Assembly (NCBI GenBank): GCA_045803545.1
Contig: JBJMOW010000005.1
Location: 1,516,220 to 1,580,219, forward strand
Origin: Gemmatimonadaceae bacterium
GTDB taxonomy: Bacteria > Gemmatimonadota > Gemmatimonadetes > Gemmatimonadales > Gemmatimonadaceae
Direction: 5' to 3'
Length of the DNA stretch: 64,000 bases
Shown: in pieces, positions 17,729-27,092 of the stretch
Layout of the letters: the number at the start of each line of letters is the position of its first letter
Numbering within the stretch: position 1 is the first letter of the stretch
The notes under the pieces: generated by a model
Databases searched by the model: none
Seen by the model: only the letters and a program-made list of their open reading frames with translations
Told to the model about the DNA's origin: nothing
Made by a program: the position numbers and the translations under genes

Positions 17729-18984
17729 CCGGGCAGCTTCTGATCACGCTCGCAATTCGCACGGGCGCCATCGCGGCGCTCTCGCTCGTCGCGGGTGTGG
17801 TGCTGCGAAAAGCCCGGCCGAGCACCCGCAGCGTGCTCTGGAATTCGGCGCTGTTTGCTTGCCTGATTACGCCGCTCGCGTGGATCGCCGCGCCGCCGGT
17901 AACTGTATCCGTGCCCGCGCGATTCGTCTTTCAACACCTGGACGCGGTGTCCCCAACGACAATCGCGTCGCTCGCACCTGCTGCTAGGAATGCCAAGGTA
18001 TCGGATGCGACCCAGCGGTTCTCCGACCCTGAAGGCTTCGAGACAAACGGTCAGGCGCTGATCGCCCTTTGGTTGGCGGGGGTGGTGCTGGTCGGGTTCC
18101 GATTCGTTCGCCAGGTGCTGGCCGCGCGTAGACTCGTGCGTGGCGCCACCGCGGCCAAACATGCGCTGTTGCGCGATATACTTGCCCAAGCGAGAGCATC
18201 TCTCGAAATACAAAGAGACGTAGCGGTGCTCCATTCCACGCAGATCGACATCCCTCTCGCCACTGGCATTCTGCGACCGGTAATTCTCCTGCCAGCGTCG
18301 GTCAGCGAATGGAGTGCGGAGGAGCTGCGCATCGTTCTTCTCCACGAGCTTGCGCACGTCCGGCGGGCCGACATCGTTGCCCGCGTGGCTGCGATGTGCG
18401 TCTGCGCTATTCACTGGTTCAATCCCCTCGTCTGGCTGCTGGGCAACCTTTCCACTCGCGACGCCGAGCTGGCTGCCGACGATCTCGTTCTTTCCGCCGG
18501 CGTTCGGCCCTCCACTTATGCCGATGCGCTTCTCAACGTCGCCGGCAGTGTGCTCCGGTTGCCCCTGATCCAGCCGGCGGTGCCATTGGCTCGGCGCGCT
18601 TTTCTGGCGCACCGGGTCCACGCCATCCTGCGTGAATCGAAGCGTCGTGGAGAAATCGGCCGCGCCGCGGGAATGCTCGTGGTCTCAGCCACATGCGCTG
18701 CAGCTTTGCTGGCAGCCTGCGTGAGGCTTTCGCCCCAGTCAGCGGCCGCTTTCACGACGACCTCAGATAATTCAACCTGGATCGGCGGTGCAGCCGACGA
18801 GTTGATTCGGGCGCTCGACGACGCGAGTCCGCAGGTGCGGATGGCAGCCGCGCACTCACTGGGACAGCTCCACGCCCAGCGTGCGCGCCCACGGCTGCTC
18901 GATCTCGCCAACGATGCAGACAAAAACGTCCGCTACGAGGCCAATCTGGCGCTCAGCGCACTCGATGCCCGGCAATCACCATGA
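17725..18984 (+). CDS. M56 (BlaR1-type) membrane metallopeptidase with C-terminal HEAT repeats
   Basis: Motifs LLHELAHVRR.D, HWFNPLVW and ELAADDLV. HEAT repeat ALDDASPQVRMAAAHSLG. Confidence 0.9.
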   Translation: MTGQLLITLAIRTGAIAALSLVAGVVLRKARPSTRSVLWNSALFACLITPLAWIAAPPVTVSVPARFVFQHLDAVSPTTIASLAPAARNAKVSDATQRFSDPEGFETNGQALIALWLAGVVLVGFRFVRQVLAARRLVRGATAAKHALLRDILAQARASLEIQRDVAVLHSTQIDIPLATGILRPVILLPASVSEWSAEELRIVLLHELAHVRRADIVARVAAMCVCAIHWFNPLVWLLGNLSTRDAELAADDLVLSAGVRPSTYADALLNVAGSVLRLPLIQPAVPLARRAFLAHRVHAILRESKRRGEIGRAAGMLVVSATCAAALLAACVRLSPQSAAAFTTTSDNSTWIGGAADELIRALDDASPQVRMAAAHSLGQLHAQRARPRLLDLANDADKNVRYEANLALSALDARQSP

Positions 18985-20270
18985 CATTGAAACTGTTCCT
19001 CGCCGCTCCGGTGATCATAGCGACATTCGCGCTCCATCGGGGATCGACGAGTGCGTCGCCGGTCGCAGCGCAGCCTGACTGCGGCTGCACCGATGATCCT
19101 CCGTTCGTCCGCAACCCTTTTCGCGTCAAGCCAACGCGCGCCGATCTCGCGCGAATCACCGACGACCTGGCGCGTGATTGTGCGACCGCAGCAATTGCCT
19201 CGCGTAAACTCGGGATGGTCGCAGATGCGTCCTCCGTCGCACCGCTGATCAACGCGCTCCATCACAAGTCGTGTCGGGTGCGGACGGCGGCGGCGGACGC
19301 GCTCGGCGAACTCCGCGATCGGCGCGCAGTAGCTGCGCTCGTCGCCGCGCTGGCCGATTCCGACCCCCGCGTCCGCTCGAGCGCCGGGTGGTCGCTGGCA
19401 AGCATCCCCGATTCTACGGCGGTCCCGGCGTTGTTGATCGCCGTGACGGACAGCGAGAAACACGTGCGGCAGGCGGCGGCCTCGGCACTTGGCGCAATCG
19501 GTGATCCGCGCGCCGGCCCGGCGCTGACGAAAGCTTTACGCGATTCGGAGAAAGACGTTCGACAAGCTGCCGCGCAAAGTCTCGGTCAGCTGCGGCAACC
19601 TGCAGCGATCGCTCAGGCAAAGGAATCTCCCGCCGAGCGTTGCGCGTGGGAGGGCTGGCTGCCGCCCGCGAGAGGGCGCGAGCGAGTGCGCAACTCGAGG
19701 CGACTCGATGCCGCTTCAGTCAATCGTCTCACCGTGCTCACTCGCACGGGCGACAAAAACTCGAGGATGCTCGCGGCGGAGGAGCTAGCTGCGGCTCAGG
19801 ATCCAGCGTCGTTGCAGTCGCTGATCGACATGACCGCCGATTCAGATCCGATGGTTCAGGAGGCAGCCCTCAGGGCGCTCGGGAGGCGCGGCGTGACGTC
19901 GGCGACTCCGATCGTCGCGCGTTTCGCTCAGTCGTCGAACTCGCACCTGCGTCAGGCGTCCATCTGGTCGCTGGGTCAGCTTCAAGATCCGTCCGCAATC
20001 AATGCCGTTATCGCAGCGAGCCGAGACACCAGCAAGCACGTACGCAACGAGGCAGCGTGGGCTCTCGGCCTCATCGGTGGGTCGCGCGCGCTATCGCCGA
20101 CGAGGCAACTGGCCTACGACGACAATCCGCAGGTGCGAATGGCAGCCGCGTGCTCTCTGGATATGATTCACGTCGATGATCCTCAGGTGCGCGGAACTCT
20201 CATTCGCCTGGCGAGCGATAGTGATGCAGTTGTGCGGGAGGTCGCGCGCTGGACACTAACACGCATGTAA
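18981..20270 (+). CDS. Secreted HEAT-repeat (PBS lyase-like) protein
   Basis: Signal peptide and about 10 repeats of L.D....VR..AA.ALG. Confidence 0.88.
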   Translation: MTLKLFLAAPVIIATFALHRGSTSASPVAAQPDCGCTDDPPFVRNPFRVKPTRADLARITDDLARDCATAAIASRKLGMVADASSVAPLINALHHKSCRVRTAAADALGELRDRRAVAALVAALADSDPRVRSSAGWSLASIPDSTAVPALLIAVTDSEKHVRQAAASALGAIGDPRAGPALTKALRDSEKDVRQAAAQSLGQLRQPAAIAQAKESPAERCAWEGWLPPARGRERVRNSRRLDAASVNRLTVLTRTGDKNSRMLAAEELAAAQDPASLQSLIDMTADSDPMVQEAALRALGRRGVTSATPIVARFAQSSNSHLRQASIWSLGQLQDPSAINAVIAASRDTSKHVRNEAAWALGLIGGSRALSPTRQLAYDDNPQVRMAAACSLDMIHVDDPQVRGTLIRLASDSDAVVREVARWTLTRM

Positions 20271-20300
20271 GGGTGGAGCTGTGCACGATTGCGCAGAGCG

Positions 20301-22967
20301 TCAATGTCCCACGCGCCCTGCGGCGGCTTGATCCTCGATCAGCGCCTGGACCCGCGGATCCTTCATTCGCCATGCGAACTCGGGATCCTTCAACTCCGCG
20401 ATCGCATATCCGTTTGCGCTCGTAAAGCACCGCTCGAGAAATGGCATCATCGCCTCGGCGTCGCCCAGAAATCCGTAGACCGCTGCCTTGGTGCACGACA
20501 GCTGGATCGCCTCGACACCCCTCGGATACATCGCGATCGTCTGACTAACGCTCGCTTTCTCGAGCAGATCGAGCGCGGTCGTGCGATCGCCGTACAACGC
20601 AGCCAACCACGCCAATACCTCATACTGACCGCGGCGCACGTAGGCAGACTGGTTCGGATCGTCGGTCATCCGCTTCTCCAAACGCCACGCTGAATCGGCC
20701 AGCGTCCTCGCACGCTTGTAATCGCCACGGCTGGCGAACAGCTCCGCCTTCTCCGCATAAAAATTGACGCTGTCCAGAGCTGACCCGGGCGCGAACGACG
20801 ACAATGGCGTCGTTGCCAGCTCGTTCTGCAGCGCGGCGTCGCCGTGCCGCAGCATCTCACCGTCGGCTGCTCCGATTCTTCCGCCGCGCGCCCTCAGCTC
20901 TCGCACAGCGCGCGACACGCCTGCCACATCACCAACGTGTTCGGCGAGGGTCGCCGCGTGATAGATGGGACCCGTTCCAACAGGGTCCAGCGTTCGCTCC
21001 CGCGCCACCATGTTCGCGGCATCGCCGTATCGCCGCAGCGCGATCGCTGTCGCGAAGCTCATCGCGAGTACGTATTTCGACGCCGGCGCGAGCGGCAGGA
21101 TCCGCTTCACCGCTTCCCACGCCCCGGCGGAATCGCCGACGACGAGCAGTGCATGCTGCTCGTGGACGAGGAGCTCGATACTCGACGGATTCTCGCGCAA
21201 CGCGCGTCGCAGAATCGCCAGTGCTTCCGCAGGTCGATTGAATCCACGGAACGCGAGAGTAGCCACCGCGTTCGGCTGATTTGGATCGAGCTCCAATGCG
21301 CGACGCGCGACGGCCGCCGCGGAGTCGAGCATCTTCGTCCCGCCCGAGTACGACATGATCGCCAGCGCCTGCGACGCGAGGCCGACCGCGTCGGCATAAT
21401 TTGGATCGCGCCGATACGCGTACTCGAACTCGCGCAGGGCCTTCTCGTACTCGGCGTACGACGCGGTGGTGTTTTCCTCATAGATGCGCTTCCCACGCAC
21501 GACGGCGGCGAACGCTCCGGTGTCAGCCGTCGCGCGCATCGCCATCGTCGTCCGCTCGCGCGGCGCCATTGCCACGTCCAGCGCCTCGGCTACTCTCGTC
21601 GCGACGCGGGACTGAATGGTGAATGGATCCGCGGGCGAGACGATCTCCGGCTCACCGGCCCACTGCGTCGTCGCGTCGGACACGCGTATCAGCTCGGGCG
21701 TCACCCGTACCAGCGGTTGATTGTCGGCGCCCTTGGCCCATCGCACCGACGCGCGCAGCAGGTAATCGGCGCCCAGCGATTTGCCCAGTTGTTGTACGCT
21801 CGTGCCGGAGGAAGTCGCCAATGACGACACGCTCTTGCGATCGATCACGCTCAAGCCCTCGAGTCGCGCCAGCTTGCCGCTGATTGCGTCGCGGAGCCCG
21901 TCAGCGAAGCTGGGATCGGCGCCGTCACCTGCACTCTCGAATGGCAGCACTGCGATTAGCGGCGGGTGATCGTCCGCTGCGGATCGCGCCCGCCAGATCG
22001 CTCCACCACCGAGTACGAGCGCGACGATGAGCGCGGTGACGAGCACGCCGAACCGGCGGCGCGATGGAATCGCCGCGCGGGGGATTCGAATCCGCGATGG
22101 ATTGTCGATTGCCGAGAGCAGCTCGACTCCTGACGCCGGCCGATCTGACTTCTGTTTCGACAGGCACACCGATACGAGATCGGAAATCGCGCGCGGGACT
22201 TTCGAGCCGGAGTTAGAGAGTGGTCGAGGGGTGTCTGACATCTGCGCCGTCAGCAGATTCTGCGGCGACGAGATGTGATCGCCGAATGGATGCTTCCCCG
22301 AGATCAGCTCGTAGGCGACGATGCCCCACGCATAGACGTCCGCGCGCTGGTCAGTTCCCGGATCACCGGCCGCCTGTTCCGGCGCCATGTACATCGGCGT
22401 GCCGACGTTGTCGCCCGGCTGGGTTATCTGCGCCGCGCTTTGCCTGGTGAGAGGAAGCGCTTCTTTCCTCGCCGCCGAGACGGCCTTGGCGATCCCGAAA
22501 TCGGTGACGACCGCGGTGCCTTCGCTCAGCAGAATGTTCTCGGGCTTGATGTCGCGGTGGACGATTCCCTGCCTGTGCGCGTAGGCAAGGGCGGCGGCGA
22601 CATCGCGCAGAACGGCCAGACTCTCGTCGAGCGGAATCGTCCCTTTTCTGATCCGATCGCGCAGCGACTGTCCGCGCACGAACGGCATCGTATAGTAGGG
22701 ATATCCTCCCGCCGTCTGACCCGAGCTGAGCACCGGCAGGATGTGCGGCTCCTGGAGCGCTGCGGCGAGCTTTACCTCGCGCGCAAATCGCGCCGCCGAG
22801 AAGGCGAAGGTAAGCTCAGGTGGCAGGACTTTGACGACGATCTCGCGGCCGAGCGCTTCGTCGCGGGCGACGAAGACGCGCGCCATTCCGCCCGCGAGCA
22901 GCTCTTTGGTGATGGTGTAGTGGCTGCTCCCGAATTCCTGCTGGATTTGGTCGTAAAGGTCGTCCAA
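20301..22967 (-). CDS. Hanks-type Ser/Thr protein kinase with TM, TolB_N-like and TPR domains
   Basis: Motifs GGMARVF, HRDIKPEN, DFG and GTPMYMAPE, then a TM helix, IAVLPF and TPR-like helices. Confidence 0.93.
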   Translation of the reverse strand: MDDLYDQIQQEFGSSHYTITKELLAGGMARVFVARDEALGREIVVKVLPPELTFAFSAARFAREVKLAAALQEPHILPVLSSGQTAGGYPYYTMPFVRGQSLRDRIRKGTIPLDESLAVLRDVAAALAYAHRQGIVHRDIKPENILLSEGTAVVTDFGIAKAVSAARKEALPLTRQSAAQITQPGDNVGTPMYMAPEQAAGDPGTDQRADVYAWGIVAYELISGKHPFGDHISSPQNLLTAQMSDTPRPLSNSGSKVPRAISDLVSVCLSKQKSDRPASGVELLSAIDNPSRIRIPRAAIPSRRRFGVLVTALIVALVLGGGAIWRARSAADDHPPLIAVLPFESAGDGADPSFADGLRDAISGKLARLEGLSVIDRKSVSSLATSSGTSVQQLGKSLGADYLLRASVRWAKGADNQPLVRVTPELIRVSDATTQWAGEPEIVSPADPFTIQSRVATRVAEALDVAMAPRERTTMAMRATADTGAFAAVVRGKRIYEENTTASYAEYEKALREFEYAYRRDPNYADAVGLASQALAIMSYSGGTKMLDSAAAVARRALELDPNQPNAVATLAFRGFNRPAEALAILRRALRENPSSIELLVHEQHALLVVGDSAGAWEAVKRILPLAPASKYVLAMSFATAIALRRYGDAANMVARERTLDPVGTGPIYHAATLAEHVGDVAGVSRAVRELRARGGRIGAADGEMLRHGDAALQNELATTPLSSFAPGSALDSVNFYAEKAELFASRGDYKRARTLADSAWRLEKRMTDDPNQSAYVRRGQYEVLAWLAALYGDRTTALDLLEKASVSQTIAMYPRGVEAIQLSCTKAAVYGFLGDAEAMMPFLERCFTSANGYAIAELKDPEFAWRMKDPRVQALIEDQAAAGRVGH

Positions 22968-23002
22968 GGAGCCCTTTGAGGCTGGCGACCAAATGTAGGG
23001 AC

Positions 23003-23050
23003 GGGAGGCGGGAGGCGGGAGGTGACTGAGGGCCGATGACTAAGGGCATC
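23003..23050. repeat. GGGAGG[CT] x3 fused in register to a 28-bp left arm of family A
   Basis: GGGAGGC GGGAGGC GGGAGGT GACTGAG GGCCGAT GACTAAG GGCATC. 23023-23050 matches 23549-23576 at 27/28. Confidence 0.9.
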
Positions 23051-23114
23051 GGCCCGCAGTCTTATCCGTTTAGCAACGGTGTGATTGGCTGGGCGTCAAA
23101 GGGGTCCGTGGTTT

Positions 23115-23555
23115 ATGGCGACCTCAGCGCATCTTCGCGCAATGTCGCATTTCGGGCCGCCCATTTCGCACGAGACGGCGAACGATCCTCTCTTCCGGAT
23201 GCGAGCCTACTCGCTGGCGGCTGACCTGGTCAAGTTGGCTTGGGAAGACGCGAAGAGCCTGAGCGCTGAGGCTGTGAGCGAGCGCATCGCGGGTCAGCTG
23301 TACGCGGCGGTGAATTCCATCACTGCGAATATTGGGGAAGGGTACTCGCGCAGCTCAGGAAAAGACCGAGCGCGCTTTTTCGAGTACGCACTCGGATCTG
23401 TGCGCGAGAGCATGAGTTGGTACCAGGGCGCGCGGCCAGTGCTGGGAGATGTCGTGCGCGGCCGACTCGACTCTCTGGAGGAAATTCGGCGGATGCTCAT
23501 CGCCATCATTCCCAGGGAGAGAGGTGCTGGTATTCGCCGTAGAGCGTCTGACTGA
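23115..23555 (+). CDS. Four-helix-bundle protein (IVP/Avd-like), second divergent copy
   Basis: Motif QLYAAVNSITANIGEGYSRSSGKDRARFFEYALGSVRE. Start uncertain (ATG 23115 or 23142). Stop codon lies inside the repeat. Confidence 0.9.
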   Translation: MATSAHLRAMSHFGPPISHETANDPLFRMRAYSLAADLVKLAWEDAKSLSAEAVSERIAGQLYAAVNSITANIGEGYSRSSGKDRARFFEYALGSVRESMSWYQGARPVLGDVVRGRLDSLEEIRRMLIAIIPRERGAGIRRRASD

Positions 23556-23697
23556 GGGCCGATGACTAAGAGCATCTATGGTTGCTGACTAATCGATGAG
23601 CGAGGACAATCGAGGATTAGGGCCGTTGTCCTCGATTGTCCTCAATTCTCACTTAGTCCGCGATGATCGATGCCGTTAGTCATCGGCCCTCGGTCAG
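23549..23697. repeat. Palindromic intergenic element (family A), full copy
   Basis: TGACTGAGGGCCGATGACTAAGAGCATC ... GATGCCGTTAGTCATCGGCCCTCGGTCA terminal inverted repeats, with an inner GAGGACAATCGAGGA/TCCTCGATTGTCCTC stem. Confidence 0.9.
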
Positions 23698-23746
23698 CAG
23701 ATCCCCTTCCCCGTCTATAGATTGCGAAAGCCAATTGGATGCATCG

Positions 23747-24076
23747 ATGTCAGATCGGGAAGTCGCCAGAGCAACAGCAAAATCACACATCACGCGTGAG
23801 ACCACACGCGAGTTCGACGTAGCGCTGCACGGTGCGGCGACGTCCAGCATCGAGTCAATGGCGGTGCTTCGCAGCGCCGTTTGCAGTTGTGTCAACTCAA
23901 TGAGAGATGGAGACGTCGGCATCGTTGAAATGATTCTGGCGATGAAGACGTGCGCGCTCGATAGCGCTGCGAGATACCAGCCGGAGTTCGACGAGATGCC
24001 GGTCTCGAGTGTCAACACATTGATGGATCAAATCGTAAAGTGGGCAATCGCGGAGTACTACACGACGCGGTCTTGA
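23747..24076 (+). CDS. Hypothetical helical protein (LRSAV...W.I.EYY family)
   Basis: Start moved to ATG 23747, outside the repeat. Paralog of the next ORF. Confidence 0.7.
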   Translation: MSDREVARATAKSHITRETTREFDVALHGAATSSIESMAVLRSAVCSCVNSMRDGDVGIVEMILAMKTCALDSAARYQPEFDEMPVSSVNTLMDQIVKWAIAEYYTTRS

Positions 24077-24100
24077 TAGAGTTCATTTCCGAGTGAGCCA

Positions 24101-24409
24101 ACGTCCAATTCAACAGAAGGAAATCGCAAACTTTCTCTGCCAGCGGAGCTAGAGCTCGCGCTGGGGCACGCTACCTCGGATGCTCTGAGCGCGCTGCAAT
24201 CTTTGCGCAGCGCCGTACGCGCCCACGTCAACAACGAGTGCTCGCGGGGTTGCAGCCAGAATGAGATCGACTCCGGCCTGCGGTCGCTGATCGACTCGTG
24301 TGGTCCCTCGCTCGGCCACATCGACTACTCCGCGGAGCGGGCGGACGAAGTCACGATTCAGGTCTTGAAGTGGAGCGCGTCTTTCTATAACCCCGCCGCT
24401 AATAGCTAA
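24101..24409 (+). CDS. Hypothetical helical protein, tandem paralog; probable non-canonical start
   Basis: Frame is open 24080-24409. Similarity to the upstream gene extends 5' of the first standard start (TTG 24203). ACG at 24101 follows GAGTGAG. Confidence 0.55.
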   Translation, partial: TSNSTEGNRKLSLPAELELALGHATSDALSALQSLRSAVRAHVNNECSRGCSQNEIDSGLRSLIDSCGPSLGHIDYSAERADEVTIQVLKWSASFYNPAANS

Positions 24410-24518
24410 TCCGGAAGCCTGCCGCTGATAGCTAATCCGGCGCGGTCCCCAGTGGGATCGAACCCAGCGCGCCAAGTGCCGGATGGCAGAGAATTTGAAG
24501 CTCTGCCCCTGAAGTACC

Positions 24519-25583
24519 ATGATCAATATTCCAACCGAGCCGATCGGGAGCATCCCGAGACCGCCCGAGCTGATAGAAGCGGTCGCCAGCGGCACGATCC
24601 CAGATCCGAATCTGGATCCCCAGTACGAAGCGGCGGTCAAAGACACCATCGAGCGCTTCGAGGCCACTGACTCGCCGATCATCACCGACGGCGAGCAGCG
24701 GAAGTACCACAATTTCTGGACTTACTCCGTCGAGGGACTGCCTAACACCGCGCCCGACGGCTTCAAGATCCCGTTCTCCGCGGGCCACACCCGACGGATG
24801 CCGCGCCTCACGGGCGGCCCGTTTCACTACAAGCGCTACGCCGACAGCTATCTGGACGTCGCACTCAAGTACGCGCATCGCCCGCTCAAGCAGGCGGTCA
24901 TTGCACCATCCGCACTTAGCCTGATGTACCCGGCGGATGACGTCCCCGGTTATTCGCGCGACGAGTTCATCGAGGACCTGCTCGCTGAGCATGAGAAGGA
25001 AATCAGGCGCTGCCTCGAACGCGGCGCGGCGAAGGTACAGATCGATTTCACGGAAGCCCGTTTCGCAATGAAGCTCGATCCATCCGGCGAGTTGCTCGGC
25101 ACCTTCATCGATCTCAACAACCTGGCGCTGGAAAGATTTTCCGACGCAGACCGCAAGCTGATCGGCGTCCATACGTGCCCGGGCGGCGATCTGGATTCGA
25201 CCCACAGCGCCGAGGTCGATTACGCCGAGTTCCTGCCAACTTTGTTCCAGCTCGAGGCTGGCTACTTCTGTATCGCGCTCGCGGGTGAAAAAGATCGACC
25301 GCGAGTGCTGCAGATCATCCGCGATTCCCTGCGACCGAATCAGCAGGCGTTCGTCGGTGTCGTCTCGCCAATCGACCCGCATGTCGACCGGCCGGACGAG
25401 ATTTGCGCGCGCGTGCTCGAAGCATCGAAGTACATCCCCGTCGAGCAGCTCGGTACCACCGACGATTGTGGGTACGCGCCGTTCAGCGATGACAGATCCA
25501 CCACGCGTGACAAAGCATTCGCCAAGATTCAGGCGCGGGTCGAAGGCACCGCCATGGCGTCGCGGATGATCAACGGCGAATGA
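24519..25583 (+). CDS. Cobalamin-independent methionine synthase II-like protein (MetE C-terminal domain only)
   Basis: Motifs [24 protein letters not shown] and TTDDCGY (Zn ligands). Confidence 0.85.
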   Translation: MINIPTEPIGSIPRPPELIEAVASGTIPDPNLDPQYEAAVKDTIERFEATDSPIITDGEQRKYHNFWTYSVEGLPNTAPDGFKIPFSAGHTRRMPRLTGGPFHYKRYADSYLDVALKYAHRPLKQAVIAPSALSLMYPADDVPGYSRDEFIEDLLAEHEKEIRRCLERGAAKVQIDFTEARFAMKLDPSGELLGTFIDLNNLALERFSDADRKLIGVHTCPGGDLDSTHSAEVDYAEFLPTLFQLEAGYFCIALAGEKDRPRVLQIIRDSLRPNQQAFVGVVSPIDPHVDRPDEICARVLEASKYIPVEQLGTTDDCGYAPFSDDRSTTRDKAFAKIQARVEGTAMASRMINGE

Positions 25584-26959
25584 ACATCGATCCGGACGAA
25601 GAGCGAGAGTTGCAGACTGCGGCGCTGCGGACTGCTACCAGCGTCGTGATGGCGCGGCACCGCGCCGAGCAGGAGCGCGATCGCGCGCGCGCCGAGGCGG
25701 AGGCAGCGCGTAGCGAGCTCGAGGCCCTGAACCGAATCGGAACCGCGCTGGCTTCGCAGCTCGACGTCGAGAAAATCGTGCAGACGGTAACCGATGCGGC
25801 GACCAAGCTGACCCGCGCTCAATTCGGCGCGTTCTTCTACAACGTCGTTGACAAACAGGGCGAGAAACTCACGCTCTTCACATTGTCGGGCGCACCACGG
25901 GAAGCTTTCGAAGGTTTTGGTCATCCGCGCGCGACGCCGATTTTCGCTCCGACTTTCTATGGCACAGCCATCGTGCGGAGCGACGACATCACCAAGGACC
26001 CAAGCTACGGCCAGTGGGAACCCTTTCACGGAATGCCACCAGGTCATCTGCCGGTGCGCAGCTATCTCGCAGTGCCTGTGACGTCCCGTACGGGCGATGT
26101 CCTGGGAGGCCTCTTCTTCGCGCACTCGAAAGTGGGCGTCTTCGACGAACGGGCCGAGCGATTGGTGCAAGGGATCGCCGGCTGGGCGGCGATTGCGATG
26201 GACAACGCGCGCCTCTATGAAGCCGAACGAAGTGCGCGAGCGCAGGCCGAGGTCGCCAACGAGGCGAAGTCTGAGTTCCTCGCCAACATGTCGCACGAAT
26301 TGCGCACACCGCTGAACGCGATCGGCGGCTACGCGGATCTGATGATCGGCGAGGTTCGCGGCCCGATAACAGAAGCACAGCACGCCGATCTCGAGCGGAT
26401 CAAGCGCAACCAGCAGCATCTACTCGGCCTGATCAACGACATTCTCAACTTTGCCAAAGTCGAAGCAGGTAGCGTCCAATTCGATCCGATCGAAGTGTCG
26501 ATGAACGAACGCCTCGGAGAGCTGGAGGCGCTGATCGCACCGCAGGTGCAGCAGAAGGGATTGCACTACGAGTATATCTGCTGCGATTCGAAGTTCACCG
26601 CTTACACCGATCCGGATCGGTTGCAGCAGATCCTGCTCAACCTTCTCTCGAACGCGATCAAGTTCACGCCGGTGGGCGGAAAGATCGCCGTGGTGTGCAG
26701 AGCGACCAAGGATTTCATGAAGGTCCGGGTAACGGACACTGGACCCGGCATCCCGCGCGACAAACTCGATCACATCTTCGAGCCTTTCGTCCAACTTGCG
26801 CGCGGCCGTTCGGCGGCCGTCGTCGGAACCGGGCTGGGGCTCGCGATCAGTCGCGACCTCGCGCGGGCGATGGGGGGTGATCTCACCGTCCATAGCAGGG
26901 TGGGACGGGGATCGACGTTTATACTGAGTTTGCCGAGAGGTCGGACGCGGGAAGATTGA
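25580..26959 (+). CDS. GAF-domain sensor histidine kinase
   Basis: GAF domain ([16 protein letters not shown]...GGLFF), [24 protein letters not shown] and GTGLGL. Confidence 0.93.
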   Translation: MNIDPDEERELQTAALRTATSVVMARHRAEQERDRARAEAEAARSELEALNRIGTALASQLDVEKIVQTVTDAATKLTRAQFGAFFYNVVDKQGEKLTLFTLSGAPREAFEGFGHPRATPIFAPTFYGTAIVRSDDITKDPSYGQWEPFHGMPPGHLPVRSYLAVPVTSRTGDVLGGLFFAHSKVGVFDERAERLVQGIAGWAAIAMDNARLYEAERSARAQAEVANEAKSEFLANMSHELRTPLNAIGGYADLMIGEVRGPITEAQHADLERIKRNQQHLLGLINDILNFAKVEAGSVQFDPIEVSMNERLGELEALIAPQVQQKGLHYEYICCDSKFTAYTDPDRLQQILLNLLSNAIKFTPVGGKIAVVCRATKDFMKVRVTDTGPGIPRDKLDHIFEPFVQLARGRSAAVVGTGLGLAISRDLARAMGGDLTVHSRVGRGSTFILSLPRGRTRED

Positions 26960-27087
26960 GGCCCGAGGACTAAGTGCATCGATCACCGAGGATTAAGTGA
27001 GGGCCGAGTACAACCGAGGATCCTCGATGGTCTGCAATCCTCACTTAATCAGCAATCATAGATGCCCTTGGTCCTCCGCCCTCAGTC
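26954..27087. repeat. Palindromic intergenic element (family A), full copy
   Basis: GATTGAG GCCCGAG GACTAAG TGCATC ... GATGCC CTTGGTC CTCCGCC CTCAGTC. Overlaps the kinase stop and lies between convergent genes. Confidence 0.85.
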
Positions 27088-27092
27088 AGCTC

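Noticed and set aside
1834..23555. Diversity-generating retroelement, suggested by the Avd-like genes
   Set aside because: No reverse transcriptase, and I saw no TR/VR pair differing at adenines in the window.
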